From: an uncultured Roseivirgaceae bacterium
Lineage (GTDB): Bacteria; Bacteroidota; Bacteroidia; Cytophagales; Cyclobacteriaceae
Length of the DNA: 49,125 nucleotides
Assembly (NCBI GenBank): GCA_964352725.1
Contig: CAYGTD010000001.1
Location: 1-49,125, forward strand
Reading direction: 5' to 3'
Positions 37,195 to 47,661 of the stretch are shown here, in pieces. Positions within the stretch are counted from its first letter, which is position 1; every line of letters begins with the position of its first letter. A program made the translations under genes and the position numbers. A model generated the notes under the pieces. That model was given only the letters and a program-made list of their open reading frames with translations. It was not told the origin of the DNA and did not search any database.

Positions 37195-39648
37195 TTAATT
37201 AGATGAGGCGATTCGCATAATGTCGGCAAAAATACCTGAAGCAGTAACGTCTGCTCCAGCTCCCGCCCCTTTAATGACTAGTGGCTGATCTACATATCTA
37301 TCGGTATAAAAAAGAACAATATTATCACTTCCTTCTAAATTATAGAATGGGTGTTTAGAATCCACAAATTGTAATCCAGTGGATGCTTCGCCATCTTCAA
37401 ACTTAGCTACATACTTAATCCTCTTATCTTGCTTCTTTGCATCTTGTACTATTTTCTGAAAATGAACTTCTTCTTTTTCAACTAAATCGAAAAACTCCTC
37501 TACGGATTCTGCGTTCATGCAACTTTCGGGTACAAATGCAGTATTCTTAATCTGATCCATCTCTAGCGAAAAACCACTTTCTCTGGCTAAGATTAAAATC
37601 TTTCGCATCACATCTTGCCCGGATAAATCAAGTCGAGGATCAGGCTCAGAATAACCTTCCTCTTTGGCTCTTCTTGTAATGGATGAAAAACTGGATGATC
37701 CATCGTAATTATTGAAAAGAAAATTCAATGTACCAGAAAGCACTGCTTCTATTCGGCGTATTCGATCTCCACTTTTGACAAGGTCTGAAAGTGTAGATAT
37801 AATTGGCAATCCTGCACACACATTTGTTTCAAAGAGGAATTGAGTTTTATATTTTCTTTCCAGCCGTTTTAGAAGATTGTATTTGTCTTGAAGATCCGTA
37901 GCAGCTATTTTATTTGGGGTAGCAATTGAAATACTCTTTTTCAATATTTCCGGGTATAGTAAAGGCACACTTTCTGAGGCTGTAACATCTAAAAATACAC
38001 TATTTCGCAAGTTCATTTCTACCATTCGATTATAGAAATCCTGAATGGAATGCTTCTCCCCAGTTTCTAGAACCTTTTCCCAATTTTCAAGATCCACACC
38101 CTCCTCATTACTGAAATACATCTTCTTAGAATTTGCAATACCCATCACTTGCAAATCAATCAAATGCTTTTCAAGCAAGTATTTCTGTTGTTTTTTGATT
38201 TGACGCAAAAGTGCTTTACCTACCGTTCCCACTCCTACTTGAAAAATATTGACTCGCTTAATTTCTTCTGTGAAAAAGCTTTCATGCAATACGTTGATTG
38301 CCTTAACTAAGTCTGCCTGTAAAATCACCACCGTGATGTTTCGCTCTGATGATCCTTGAGCAATGGCTTTGATACTCACTCCATTTCGACCTAATGTTCC
38401 AAACATTTGACCACTGACACCTACTTGATCCTTCATGTTTCTGCCGACAAGAGCCAATACACTAAGACCACTTTCTACCTCAACAGGCAACAAGGTATTT
38501 TGAGTAATTTCATGAACGAAAGTTCTATTGATAACCTCCTCTGCAAGTGCCTCATCCTTGCTTTCAATCCCTACACAAATGGTATGCTCAGAAGAAGCCT
38601 GAGTAATCATTACCACGTTGATTTTATGAGATGAGAGCGTTTCAAAAAGACGAAATGAAAAATTGGGAATACCCACCATACCACTTCCTCTCAGATTTAG
38701 TAGTGTAATATTTTTGATAGAAGAAATGCCCCTAATGGTTGCATCATCTTCAAAACTCTGTGTGATCTTGGTTCCAGATACTTCAGGACTAAATGTGTTT
38801 TTGATAATTATTGGAATCCCCTTTTCCAGAGCAGGCTGAATAGAAGGTGGATAAATCACCTTTGCTCCAAAATGTGAAAGCTCTAATGCTTCTTCATATG
38901 CCAAATCAGTGATTATACGTGCATTCGAGACTAATCGTGGATCAGCAGTCATCAGCCCATCTACATCCGTCCAAATCTCTAATTGAACCGCATTATAAAA
39001 ATTAGCAAAAAGTGCAGCAGTATAATCTGATCCTCCTCTACCAAGCGTCACTAATTGACCCACTGAATTGGATGCAATGAAGCCTGGACATAGATTCAAT
39101 TTACTTAAGCTAGCGGCATACTTTTTAGCCTTTTTCTGACTTTCAATAAAATCTACCTCTCCACGCATATAGGTAGAGTCGCAAATAATTACCTTCATTG
39201 GGTCTACTAAGGTGGTAGCGCCAAACTCCTGCTTAAAGAATGTGTGAATAATGGTAGAGGATAATCGTTCTCCAAAACTCAAAATCATGTCTGATGATTT
39301 TGGAGTGACTTCCTGTAAATTGGCAATGCTTGAGGAGGTATCTTCAAGTTCCTTAAAGAGCATTTTTACCTTCGCCAGTACTTCTCCTTGATTCCTAGGC
39401 TCTAGTAACTCTCTAGCAACAGTGATATGACGCTGTTTCAGCTCATCTACTATGGTTTGATAACTCTCATCACCAGTGGCCGTCTTTTCAAGAAGTGATG
39501 CGAGACTATTAGTTACTCCTTTGAAAGCTGAAACCACCACCAAAAAAGTGTCATCAATCTTACTAATTCTCTTTGTTAGAATATTCTTTACACTACGAAT
39601 CGCCTCGGTAGATCCTACCGATGTACCTCCAAATTTCAATACAATCAT
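37195..39648 (-). CDS. thrA: Bifunctional aspartokinase/homoserine dehydrogenase I
   Basis: VLKFGGTSV; TLGRGGSDYTA; two ACT domains; GVGTVG; GLPII; GAGAGADVTA; TAGATTTG -7 element at 39680-39673. Confidence 0.96.
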   Translation of the reverse strand: MIVLKFGGTSVGSTEAIRSVKNILTKRISKIDDTFLVVVSAFKGVTNSLASLLEKTATGDESYQTIVDELKQRHITVARELLEPRNQGEVLAKVKMLFKELEDTSSSIANLQEVTPKSSDMILSFGERLSSTIIHTFFKQEFGATTLVDPMKVIICDSTYMRGEVDFIESQKKAKKYAASLSKLNLCPGFIASNSVGQLVTLGRGGSDYTAALFANFYNAVQLEIWTDVDGLMTADPRLVSNARIITDLAYEEALELSHFGAKVIYPPSIQPALEKGIPIIIKNTFSPEVSGTKITQSFEDDATIRGISSIKNITLLNLRGSGMVGIPNFSFRLFETLSSHKINVVMITQASSEHTICVGIESKDEALAEEVINRTFVHEITQNTLLPVEVESGLSVLALVGRNMKDQVGVSGQMFGTLGRNGVSIKAIAQGSSERNITVVILQADLVKAINVLHESFFTEEIKRVNIFQVGVGTVGKALLRQIKKQQKYLLEKHLIDLQVMGIANSKKMYFSNEEGVDLENWEKVLETGEKHSIQDFYNRMVEMNLRNSVFLDVTASESVPLLYPEILKKSISIATPNKIAATDLQDKYNLLKRLERKYKTQFLFETNVCAGLPIISTLSDLVKSGDRIRRIEAVLSGTLNFLFNNYDGSSSFSSITRRAKEEGYSEPDPRLDLSGQDVMRKILILARESGFSLEMDQIKNTAFVPESCMNAESVEEFFDLVEKEEVHFQKIVQDAKKQDKRIKYVAKFEDGEASTGLQFVDSKHPFYNLEGSDNIVLFYTDRYVDQPLVIKGAGAGADVTASGIFADIMRIASSN

Positions 39649-39870
39649 CAGCCCTTTTTAAAGTTGAGTCGCCAAATCTAGTTGGGGATCATGAAAATCT
39701 AGAAGATCATAGAAGATTCCATTCACCAGAGTCCAATTATTGAATAATTGATAAATAAAGATCGATTTAATGAAAATATTTGAAAAGGTATAAAAGTAAA
39801 GTTTAGGGTAGTTTTCATCGTCCTTTCATAGTTACTTCTATCTTTGCGCCCTTCAAAAAAACAGGGCATC

Positions 39871-41484
39871 ATGCAGCGAATTTTCAGAAACTTTACTTTC
39901 AATCCTAAAAACGATATTTTGTCAGGGCTTACAGTGGCTTTGGCGCTTGTTCCTGAAGCTGTTGCCTTTGCTTTTGTAGCAGGAATAGATCCTCTAGTTG
40001 GATTGTATGGTGCATTCATGATGGGGTTAGTCACAGCAGCATTTGGTGGCAGACCGGGAATGATCTCAGGTGCAACTGGCGCCATGGCTGTTGTTATGGT
40101 TCACATGATTCAGCAAGGAAATATAGTAGGTGAGGCATTGAGTCAACCAGTAGAAAACCTTGGACTACAATGGTTATTCATTACACTTCTACTAGTTGGA
40201 GGTATACAAGTACTTGCTGGAGTTCTTCGGTTGGGTAAATTCGTCCGTTTAATCCCTCACTCAGTGATGATGGGTTTTGTAAATGGTTTAGCTATTGTCA
40301 TTTTCTTATCTCAATTAGGTCTTTTCAAAGAAACAAGTAATGGCACCACCGAATGGTTAAAGGGAGCTGAACTTTGGACAATGTTAGGGCTTGTGGCACT
40401 TACAATGAGTGTAATGTATGGTTTACCAAAATTGACCAAAAAAATTCCAGCAGCTTTAGTGGCTATAATTGCTGTAGCATCTATTACCATTTTTGGAGGA
40501 ATAGATGTGAGCACTGTAGGCTCCTTTATAAGAGACGGTGGTGGATCAGGACTGAAAGGATCGCTTCCATCATTCCAAAATCAAATATTTGGTCTTTTTG
40601 ATACGCTAGAAGGGCATTGGGGGTTAATCATTTCTACTGCATTTTTACTAGCTGCTGTTGGTTTGATTGAGTCATTGATGACGCTAAACCTTGTTGATGA
40701 AATGACAGATACAAGAGGAAGTGGGAATAGAGAGTGTGTTGCTCAAGGAGGAGCAAACATCCTTAATGGACTCTTCGGAGGAATGGGAGGATGTGCCATG
40801 ATTGGTCAGTCTATCATCAATGTAAACTCAGGAGGAAGAGGACGACTGTCAGGCATCACCGCTGCAATTGCACTTCTTTGCTTTATTCTTTTCGGTGCAC
40901 CACTCATAGAACAAATCCCGATTGCTGCGCTAGTCGGTGTAATGTTTATGGTAGTAATCGGGACATTTGCTTGGAGTAGTTTTCGCATTCTTCATAAGAT
41001 TCCTAAATCGGATGCTTTCGTACTGATAGCTGTTTCTGCCATTACTGTATGGCAAGATTTAGCCATTGCCGTAATAGCTGGTGTAATTATGTCTGCGTTG
41101 GTTTTTGCATGGAAAAATGCCACTATGATTAGAGCAAGAAAACGACTGAAAGAAGATGGTACCAAAGTATATGAAATCTGGGGACCACTATTTTTTGGAT
41201 CAGTCCAAAACTTTAATTCTAAGTTTGACGCATCAACAGATCCTGAGAAAATAGAGATCGATTTTATCGAATCTAAAGTAAGTGACCACTCAGGTATAGA
41301 AGCAGTGAGAAATATCGCGAACAAATACCTTGATTTAGGAAAAGAGATAAAACTCACCCACCTTAGTCCTGAATGTAAGCGACTTTTGCTTACAGCTAAC
41401 TCTGGATTTGAGGAAGTAATTGAAGAATCAATAGATGATCCTCGCTATCATGTAGTTACGGATTTACTGGATAAGGAAGTTTAG
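39871..41484 (+). CDS. SulP/SLC26 anion permease with STAS domain
   Basis: ALALVPEAVAFAFVAG; GGRPGMISGATGA; GGCAMIGQS; GPLFFGS; TATCTTTG -7 element at 39839-39846 supports ATG 39871. Confidence 0.93.
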   Translation: MQRIFRNFTFNPKNDILSGLTVALALVPEAVAFAFVAGIDPLVGLYGAFMMGLVTAAFGGRPGMISGATGAMAVVMVHMIQQGNIVGEALSQPVENLGLQWLFITLLLVGGIQVLAGVLRLGKFVRLIPHSVMMGFVNGLAIVIFLSQLGLFKETSNGTTEWLKGAELWTMLGLVALTMSVMYGLPKLTKKIPAALVAIIAVASITIFGGIDVSTVGSFIRDGGGSGLKGSLPSFQNQIFGLFDTLEGHWGLIISTAFLLAAVGLIESLMTLNLVDEMTDTRGSGNRECVAQGGANILNGLFGGMGGCAMIGQSIINVNSGGRGRLSGITAAIALLCFILFGAPLIEQIPIAALVGVMFMVVIGTFAWSSFRILHKIPKSDAFVLIAVSAITVWQDLAIAVIAGVIMSALVFAWKNATMIRARKRLKEDGTKVYEIWGPLFFGSVQNFNSKFDASTDPEKIEIDFIESKVSDHSGIEAVRNIANKYLDLGKEIKLTHLSPECKRLLLTANSGFEEVIEESIDDPRYHVVTDLLDKEV

Positions 41485-41499
41485 ATTGATAGATTATAC

Positions 41500-42174
41500 T
41501 TGATGAAAACATCATTACTCTTATTTCTTGCTGTAATTACTTTCAGTAGTAATGGTCAAGACTTTGTGGTTACTAATAAGATGGATACCATTTACGGAGA
41601 CATCAGCTTTGATAGCTTTTCAAATGATCTGTCTTTAAAAAATAAGATAGATAAGTACACACTTAAACCTTATCAAATCAACTCTGTCCATTATAAAAAT
41701 GATATTTATAAACCTATCGTTTATAATAAGACACGAGTATTTGCCAAAGCAATAATTAATGGGGACTTAAATCTATATCTAATAAGACCTGAGAAGGAGT
41801 ATGAATTTTCAATCAAGATTTTACTCAAGAAAAATGGAGATATTCTAGAAGTTTCAAAAATAGGATTTAAGAAATATGTCTCAGATTTTTTAGTAGAATG
41901 TACAGACCTATCTACCAAGATTAAAGATGGAACTTACAAGCTAGGCAACCTGAACACAATTATAGAAGAATATAACACACAATGTTCAACTATCAATTCC
42001 GATCCAGATTCAATATCTGAACTGAAAGATTTATATCAATTGCTTTCGGATATCTACTCCAAGCTTGATCAAAATGAGCCAATTCCTCCTTATCTAAAAA
42101 AGGCATTAAAGGAATATGAAAATCAAGATTTAAAAAGATTGATTGAAAAACTGCTAGAGAAAATAGAAGAGTAA
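41500..42174 (+). CDS. Hypothetical exported protein
   Basis: Signal peptide, then DFVVTNKMDTIYG, typical of Bacteroidota periplasmic proteins; no recognised catalytic motif. Confidence 0.7.
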   Translation: MMKTSLLLFLAVITFSSNGQDFVVTNKMDTIYGDISFDSFSNDLSLKNKIDKYTLKPYQINSVHYKNDIYKPIVYNKTRVFAKAIINGDLNLYLIRPEKEYEFSIKILLKKNGDILEVSKIGFKKYVSDFLVECTDLSTKIKDGTYKLGNLNTIIEEYNTQCSTINSDPDSISELKDLYQLLSDIYSKLDQNEPIPPYLKKALKEYENQDLKRLIEKLLEKIEE

Positions 42175-43902
42175 TTACTCTTCTATTTTCTCCACCAACA
42201 ATCCTTCATCTGTTTTGCTCACTTTAGCAAGACCTATTTGCGTTAACCCTTTGATGGATTTATCCCATTTCTTATTTGACAATTCTGATTTTTCTTTCAA
42301 GGAAGTCAGTTCTATTGGACTTTCTTTTTGAAGCAACTCATAGATCAATTTCTCATCCGCATTGAGATCTGATGCTTTAGACTTTTTCTTTTCTGGTCTC
42401 ATCTGAGGGAAGAAAAGAACATCCTGAATCGAATTAGAATTAGTCATAATCATGGAAAGACGATCTATACCTAGCCCTACTCCAGCAGTTGGTGGCATGC
42501 CAAACTCTAAGGCTCTTAAGAAGTCTTCATCTAGCGTCATCGCTTCATCATCTCCTCTTTTTCCAAGCTCAAGCTGCTCCTCAAATCTTTCTCTCTGATC
42601 TACCGGGTCATTCAACTCAGAATAGGAATTCATAATTTCCTTACCGTTACAGATAGCTTCAAATCTTTCAACCAATCCTTCCTTTGATCGATGCTTTTTA
42701 GTCAAAGGAGACATCTCCACTGGATAATCTGTGATAAACGTTGGCTGAATTAATAAAGGCTCACATTTCTCACCGAAAATTTCATCGATGATCTTTCCTT
42801 TTGCCATGGTTTCGTCCAAAGGAACTTGTAGTTCTTTCGCTGTTTTTCTTAACTCGGCTTCATCCATTTCAGAAATATCAATTTTCGTGAAATGCTCAAT
42901 CGCCTCAAACATCGTGAAGCGCTTCCATGGTCGTTTAAAATCAATCAGGTTCTCTCCCACTTGCACTTTTGTCTCACCATGAATATCCATCGCTACCTTT
43001 TCAATCATCTCCTCCATCGTGTCCATCATCCAGTTGTAATCTTTGTACGCTACATATAGCTCAACCTGAGTAAATTCTGGATTATGAAAACGACTCATTC
43101 CTTCATTACGGAAGTCTTTTGCAAATTCAAAAACACCATCAAAGCCACCTACAATCAATCTTTTGAGATATAGCTCATTAGCTATTCTCAAATACAGGGT
43201 CATATCTAGTGTATTGTGATGTGTCTTGAAAGGACGTGCTGCTGCTCCACCATAGAGTGGTTGAAGGATAGGAGTTTCTACCTCCAAGTATCCTTTTCCA
43301 GCCAAGTATTCCCTGATGGAATTGACCAATTTAGTGCGCTGAACGAACGTATCTCTGATCTCAGGATTAACGATCAGATCTAGGTATCGCTGACGATATC
43401 GCTGCTCAGGATCGCTAAATGCGTCATACGTTTTCATGTTGCCTTCTTCATCTTCAGCCTCTTTCACAATGGGTAAAGGGCGAAGTGATTTAGTCAACAT
43501 TTTTAAGTCAGTCACATGGATAGATATTTCTCCAACTTGGGTTTTGAAGACGTATCCTTTTAACCCAATGATGTCCCCAATGTCCATCTTCTTCTTGAAG
43601 ACTTCATTGTACATCGTGTAATCCTCCCCTTCACAAATATCATCCCTTCTAATATAAATTTGGATACGACCAGTAGAGTCTTGAATCTCTGCAAAAGACG
43701 CAGAACCCATAATCCTTCGACTCATCAATCTCCCAGCAATAGAAATACTAGTATAGTCATCAGGGCTTCTATCAAAATGCTTTTTAATATCTTGGGTAGT
43801 TACGTTTACATCAAATTGATCCGCAGGATAAGGGTCAATTCCCATATTCAATAGATCTTCACGTGACTTTCTTCTCTGAATTTCTTGTTCGCTTAATTGC
43901 AT
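42175..43902 (-). CDS. lysS: Lysyl-tRNA synthetase (class II) with C-terminal extension
   Basis: [10 protein letters not shown]; GGAAARPF; [10 protein letters not shown]; FRNEG; HNPEFT; [15 protein letters not shown]; FFPQMRPE followed by about 70 extra aa. Confidence 0.97.
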   Translation of the reverse strand: MQLSEQEIQRRKSREDLLNMGIDPYPADQFDVNVTTQDIKKHFDRSPDDYTSISIAGRLMSRRIMGSASFAEIQDSTGRIQIYIRRDDICEGEDYTMYNEVFKKKMDIGDIIGLKGYVFKTQVGEISIHVTDLKMLTKSLRPLPIVKEAEDEEGNMKTYDAFSDPEQRYRQRYLDLIVNPEIRDTFVQRTKLVNSIREYLAGKGYLEVETPILQPLYGGAAARPFKTHHNTLDMTLYLRIANELYLKRLIVGGFDGVFEFAKDFRNEGMSRFHNPEFTQVELYVAYKDYNWMMDTMEEMIEKVAMDIHGETKVQVGENLIDFKRPWKRFTMFEAIEHFTKIDISEMDEAELRKTAKELQVPLDETMAKGKIIDEIFGEKCEPLLIQPTFITDYPVEMSPLTKKHRSKEGLVERFEAICNGKEIMNSYSELNDPVDQRERFEEQLELGKRGDDEAMTLDEDFLRALEFGMPPTAGVGLGIDRLSMIMTNSNSIQDVLFFPQMRPEKKKSKASDLNADEKLIYELLQKESPIELTSLKEKSELSNKKWDKSIKGLTQIGLAKVSKTDEGLLVEKIEE

Positions 43903-43932
43903 TTCGTTTCGCTACCTGTTTGTTCTAAATTT

Positions 43933-45114
43933 CTATTTAACCGACTTTCGTCTTTTAAGTTCTTTTTTCACTAGAGTATATTCTCTGCCACTTTGACCTG
44001 CAATAGAGGTATTTTCCTCCGCTCTCCTAAAGAGGTATGGTAATACCTTTTCTACTGGACCATAAGGAACATATTTCGCAACGTTGTAACCCTCATCTGC
44101 TAGCTTGAATGAAATATTATCACTCATACCTAGAAGCTGAGCAAAAAATACCCTAGGATCCTTTTTTGAGAGTCCTGCTTCAGATATCAGATTCACTAAA
44201 TACTTGCTAGATTTCTCATTGTGAGTACCAGCACACACGCCCATCACATCAATATTTTCTATTGAATACTTCAGTGCAGCATCATAATCCTTGTCTACGC
44301 TTTCCTTGTTCTTATGAATAGGAGATTCGTACCCCATTTCCTCCGCCCTCTCTCGTTCTTTTTCCATGTATGCGCCTCTCACCAACTTAGCGCCCATATA
44401 ATACCCCTGACTCTTTGCTCTGTTCAATGCTGTTTTTAATCGCTGTAACATATCATGGCGGTATAGTTGGTACGTATTAAATACAACAGGTCTTTCCTTG
44501 TTGTATTTCTCCATCATTCTATATGCTACACCATCGATGTATTTCTGAAACCATGACTCCTCAGCATCAATCATTACCATCAATCCTTTGTTACCAGCCT
44601 TCTTCACTATTTCATCTACCCTCATCTCCGCATAGTGAAGCTTTGATTTTTCATATTCCGAAAGTTCTTCATCTGACTGAGCTTTAGTCATGAGCTCCGT
44701 TGATCCAAGGCCCGATAGCTTCAATACACAAAATGGTATATGATCACTTCCAGCTGCAAAGTCAATTACTCTTAATGCTTCGTCCTTGGTAGCATTGTAT
44801 CCATCTTCATTTTCCAAGCCCTCCACGGAGTAATCAAGAATAGTCTGCACATTATGGTCTCCTAATAATTGAATTTTATCACTACAGTCTTTCACCGATT
44901 CGCCTCCGCAGAACTGATTGAATATTGTTTTTTTAACGATCCCCTTTACAGGCAAACTCAACTTAAATGCAATATTTGTCAACGACATTCCTAGTTTTAC
45001 CATCCAAGAAAGATTCATGGTCGTAAACACAAAATGAGCGTTTTTTAACTCTGCATTGGAACGATGAACAAATGCTATTTCAGTATCGTCAAAGTTGATT
45101 GGCTTTGATTGCAT
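43933..45114 (-). CDS. Monofunctional proline dehydrogenase
   Basis: QFCGGE; LDYSVEG; IDAEES; KLVRGAYMEKER; GTHN; QLLGMSD; YVPYGP...YLFRRAEEN; TATCTTTG -7 element at 45141-45134 supports ATG 45114. Confidence 0.93.
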   Translation of the reverse strand: MQSKPINFDDTEIAFVHRSNAELKNAHFVFTTMNLSWMVKLGMSLTNIAFKLSLPVKGIVKKTIFNQFCGGESVKDCSDKIQLLGDHNVQTILDYSVEGLENEDGYNATKDEALRVIDFAAGSDHIPFCVLKLSGLGSTELMTKAQSDEELSEYEKSKLHYAEMRVDEIVKKAGNKGLMVMIDAEESWFQKYIDGVAYRMMEKYNKERPVVFNTYQLYRHDMLQRLKTALNRAKSQGYYMGAKLVRGAYMEKERERAEEMGYESPIHKNKESVDKDYDAALKYSIENIDVMGVCAGTHNEKSSKYLVNLISEAGLSKKDPRVFFAQLLGMSDNISFKLADEGYNVAKYVPYGPVEKVLPYLFRRAEENTSIAGQSGREYTLVKKELKRRKSVK

Positions 45115-45173
45115 ATTTTTGAAAATTGGTGTGCAAAGATAGCTAACAGATTCACACCTTTTCAATTTCAACT

Positions 45174-46208
45174 ATGGTTTATAATCTACCCAACTACATC
45201 ATTATTTCTAAGGATATTTCAGACGATTTGTCTAAATCGATTAACGCGATAAATCCTGATAAAATAATAATCTTAGTCGACGAAAATACCAAAGCAAATT
45301 GTCTCCATTTAATTGGAATTGACAATGCTGAAATGATTGAAATAGAGAGTGGGGAAGTTCATAAAAATTTAAAAACTTGCTCTGCTATCTGGGAGCGATT
45401 GACAACAATAGGTTGTTCCAGAAGAAGTCTACTCATCAATCTTGGAGGTGGTGTAATTGGTGATATGGGAGGCTTTTGCGCTTCAACCTATAAGAGAGGG
45501 ATGCCATTCATTAATGTACCCACCACATTGCTTTCTCAAGTGGATGCTAGCATTGGTGGTAAATTAGGAATAGATTTTAATGGACTCAAAAACCATATTG
45601 GTATTTTTAAAGAACCAAGCAAGGTTATTATCAATTCCCATTTTCTAAATTCTTTACCCGACAGAGAGCTTAAATCAGGCTTTGCCGAAATAATAAAGCA
45701 TGCATTGATTCATGACATCCATCAATGGGAATATTTGCAAGAGACGCCTTTTTCAGAGATTGATTGGAATGATCTTATCCCTAAATCCGTAAAAATCAAA
45801 AATGTAATCGTAGAAGAAGACCCTTTTGAAAAAGGACTGAGAAAGATTTTGAATTTTGGACATTCATTGGGTCATGCTATTGAAAGTCATTTACTTAATA
45901 CAACTGAAGCACTCCTTCATGGTGAAGCCGTGGCTCTTGGAATGATTCTAGAAGGTCATATTTCCTTTCAAAAAAATATGATCATAGAAAGTGACTTCAA
46001 CGATATCAAACAATTTATATTAGGTGTGTACGAACTTCCAAAGAAGATACCTGACTTAAATGAACTGATACCCTACCTAATTCAGGATAAGAAAAACGAA
46101 TCTGGGAATATGAATTTCGCATTGCTCTCCAAAATTGGAGAATGTCAATACGACATCAATGTCACCAAAAATGAAATCAGCAATGCCTTGATTGCTTTCA
46201 ATTCTTAG
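45174..46208 (+). CDS. aroB: 3-dehydroquinate synthase
   Basis: GGGVIGDMGGF; PTTLLSQVDASIGGK; LNFGHSLGHAIE; HGEAV; DKK. Confidence 0.96.
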   Translation: MVYNLPNYIIISKDISDDLSKSINAINPDKIIILVDENTKANCLHLIGIDNAEMIEIESGEVHKNLKTCSAIWERLTTIGCSRRSLLINLGGGVIGDMGGFCASTYKRGMPFINVPTTLLSQVDASIGGKLGIDFNGLKNHIGIFKEPSKVIINSHFLNSLPDRELKSGFAEIIKHALIHDIHQWEYLQETPFSEIDWNDLIPKSVKIKNVIVEEDPFEKGLRKILNFGHSLGHAIESHLLNTTEALLHGEAVALGMILEGHISFQKNMIIESDFNDIKQFILGVYELPKKIPDLNELIPYLIQDKKNESGNMNFALLSKIGECQYDINVTKNEISNALIAFNS

Positions 46209-46366
46209 ATAAACATGTCGTCTTTATCCTTGTTTTTTTTCTTGGATGGCTCAGACGTATTAGTGATTCGCTTTTTTACTGTTTTCTTTGGTACAGCAAT
46301 AAAAAAAGTGAGCACTCCAATAATTAACGAGGCGATAATGGTTCCTATGGTTCTTGATCTAGACAT
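46205..46366 (-). CDS. Unannotated 53-aa single-pass membrane protein
   Basis: MSRSRTIGTIIASLIIGVLTFFIAVPKKTVKKRITNTSEPSKKKNKDKDDMFI*. A-rich start context AAAATACAAA-ATG; the stop overlaps the aroB stop. Confidence 0.7.
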   Translation of the reverse strand: MSRSRTIGTIIASLIIGVLTFFIAVPKKTVKKRITNTSEPSKKKNKDKDDMFI

Positions 46367-46379
46367 TTTGTATTTTACA

Positions 46380-46414
46380 GACGTTTTGATAACGAAAAAA
46401 GTTGGAATATCGTT
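46380..46414 (-). promoter_or_regulatory. Two overlapping ECF-sigma-type promoter motifs (AAC-N17-CGT)
   Basis: TAAC-GATATTCCAACTTTTTT-CGTT and CAAC-TTTTTTCGTTATCAAAA-CGTC, both with 17-nt spacers, just upstream of ATG 46366. Confidence 0.45.
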
Positions 46415-46434
46415 ATGCTAAATCTCCATAAAAA

Positions 46435-47661
46435 TTGAAATATCGATTAAACAGGTTTAATGACCGATTAAAGCATACCATTGCTTTAGAATCTTCTAAA
46501 AGTGAGACCAATAGAGCATTGGTAATCGCCGCATTAGCTGGGGATGAAAGTGTGATTAATAATGTGTCGAACGCTAGAGACTCTCAGACGCTACAAAAAC
46601 TTCTCAACTCAAAACTTTCTTTTTGGGATGTAAAAGATGCAGGTACTACTATGCGTTTTCTTACTGCTTACCTAGCCATCCATGGGGAGGGGCAGACACT
46701 CACAGGAACTGATAGAATGAAGCAGCGACCAATCGGTCCACTAGTAAATGCATTGCTTGAAATTGGTGCTGAAATTAAGTACATGGACAAAGAAGGGTTT
46801 CCTCCTCTTGAGGTTCACAAGATTGAAAATCAAAGAGTTAATGAAATATCAATCCCGGGAAATATCAGCAGTCAATACATAAGCGCACTACTAATGATTG
46901 CTCCATGTTTACCTCAAGGGCTCACCATCCATTTGACTACAGAGGTTTTTAGTCGTCCTTATATTCAGATGACCCTTGATTTGATGAATTCATTTGGTGT
47001 CAATACTAAATGGATTGGAAACTCTATTAGCGCAGCACATCAGCAATACACGCCATCTGAATACACGATAGAAGGCGATTGGTCGGGTGCTAGCTATTGG
47101 TATTCTTTTATGGCCTTGGCACATGGAAAAGGATACTTAGACGTTCCAAACATCAGAAATTATTCCTCACAAGGTGACAAGCGAATTGCTGAAATCATGT
47201 TTCAGCTAGGTGTTGTAACGCAGTACGAGTCTGGTAAAGTGAGATTAGCAAAAAGAGGGACTCAGGCGAAATCACTTAAGTTAGATTTTAAAGATTGTCC
47301 TGATTTAGCTCAGACAGTAATGGTAGTAGCTGCTGTTAATGGTATAGAATTGGAAATGACAGGACTTGAAAGTCTTAAAATCAAGGAGACCGATCGTATT
47401 GAAGCTATGAAAAACGAGCTTTACAAAATAGGAGCTCTGCTACTTGAAAAACCAAATAGCTGGTTTTTGAAACCCAGTGAAAGCTTGCCGGAAGTAGTTG
47501 AAATAGACACCTATGAAGACCACAGAATGGCCATGGCATTTGCTCCATTATGCTGCAAAATGGATGTGATCATTGATGATCCAATGGTGGTAGAAAAATC
47601 CTATCCTCAGTTTTGGAATGAGCTGAAAAAAGTAGGTATAGCTATTAAGAAGCTTACCTAA
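46435..47661 (+). CDS. aroA: EPSP synthase
   Basis: SKSETNRAL; DAGTTMRF; RMKQRPI; SSQYISALL; CPDL; KETDRI; EDHRMAMAF; KSYPQFW. Confidence 0.96.
   Translation: MKYRLNRFNDRLKHTIALESSKSETNRALVIAALAGDESVINNVSNARDSQTLQKLLNSKLSFWDVKDAGTTMRFLTAYLAIHGEGQTLTGTDRMKQRPIGPLVNALLEIGAEIKYMDKEGFPPLEVHKIENQRVNEISIPGNISSQYISALLMIAPCLPQGLTIHLTTEVFSRPYIQMTLDLMNSFGVNTKWIGNSISAAHQQYTPSEYTIEGDWSGASYWYSFMALAHGKGYLDVPNIRNYSSQGDKRIAEIMFQLGVVTQYESGKVRLAKRGTQAKSLKLDFKDCPDLAQTVMVVAAVNGIELEMTGLESLKIKETDRIEAMKNELYKIGALLLEKPNSWFLKPSESLPEVVEIDTYEDHRMAMAFAPLCCKMDVIIDDPMVVEKSYPQFWNELKKVGIAIKKLT

Noticed and set aside
39649-39840. Thr/Ile leader peptide or riboswitch before thrA
   Set aside because: The -7 element is only about 25 nt from the ATG; there is no Thr-rich mini-ORF or terminator.
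39723-40085. 120-aa minus-strand ORF and the other short antisense or nested ORFs in the track (e.g. 12013..12354, 15384..15764, 21428..21763, 31839..32150, 40992..41357)
   Set aside because: Shadow frames of well-conserved genes, with no motifs or start context.
46215-46421. 68-aa + strand ORF between aroB and aroA
   Set aside because: Most of it is the exact antisense of the 53-aa minus-strand ORF, which has the better start context, topology and promoter motifs.
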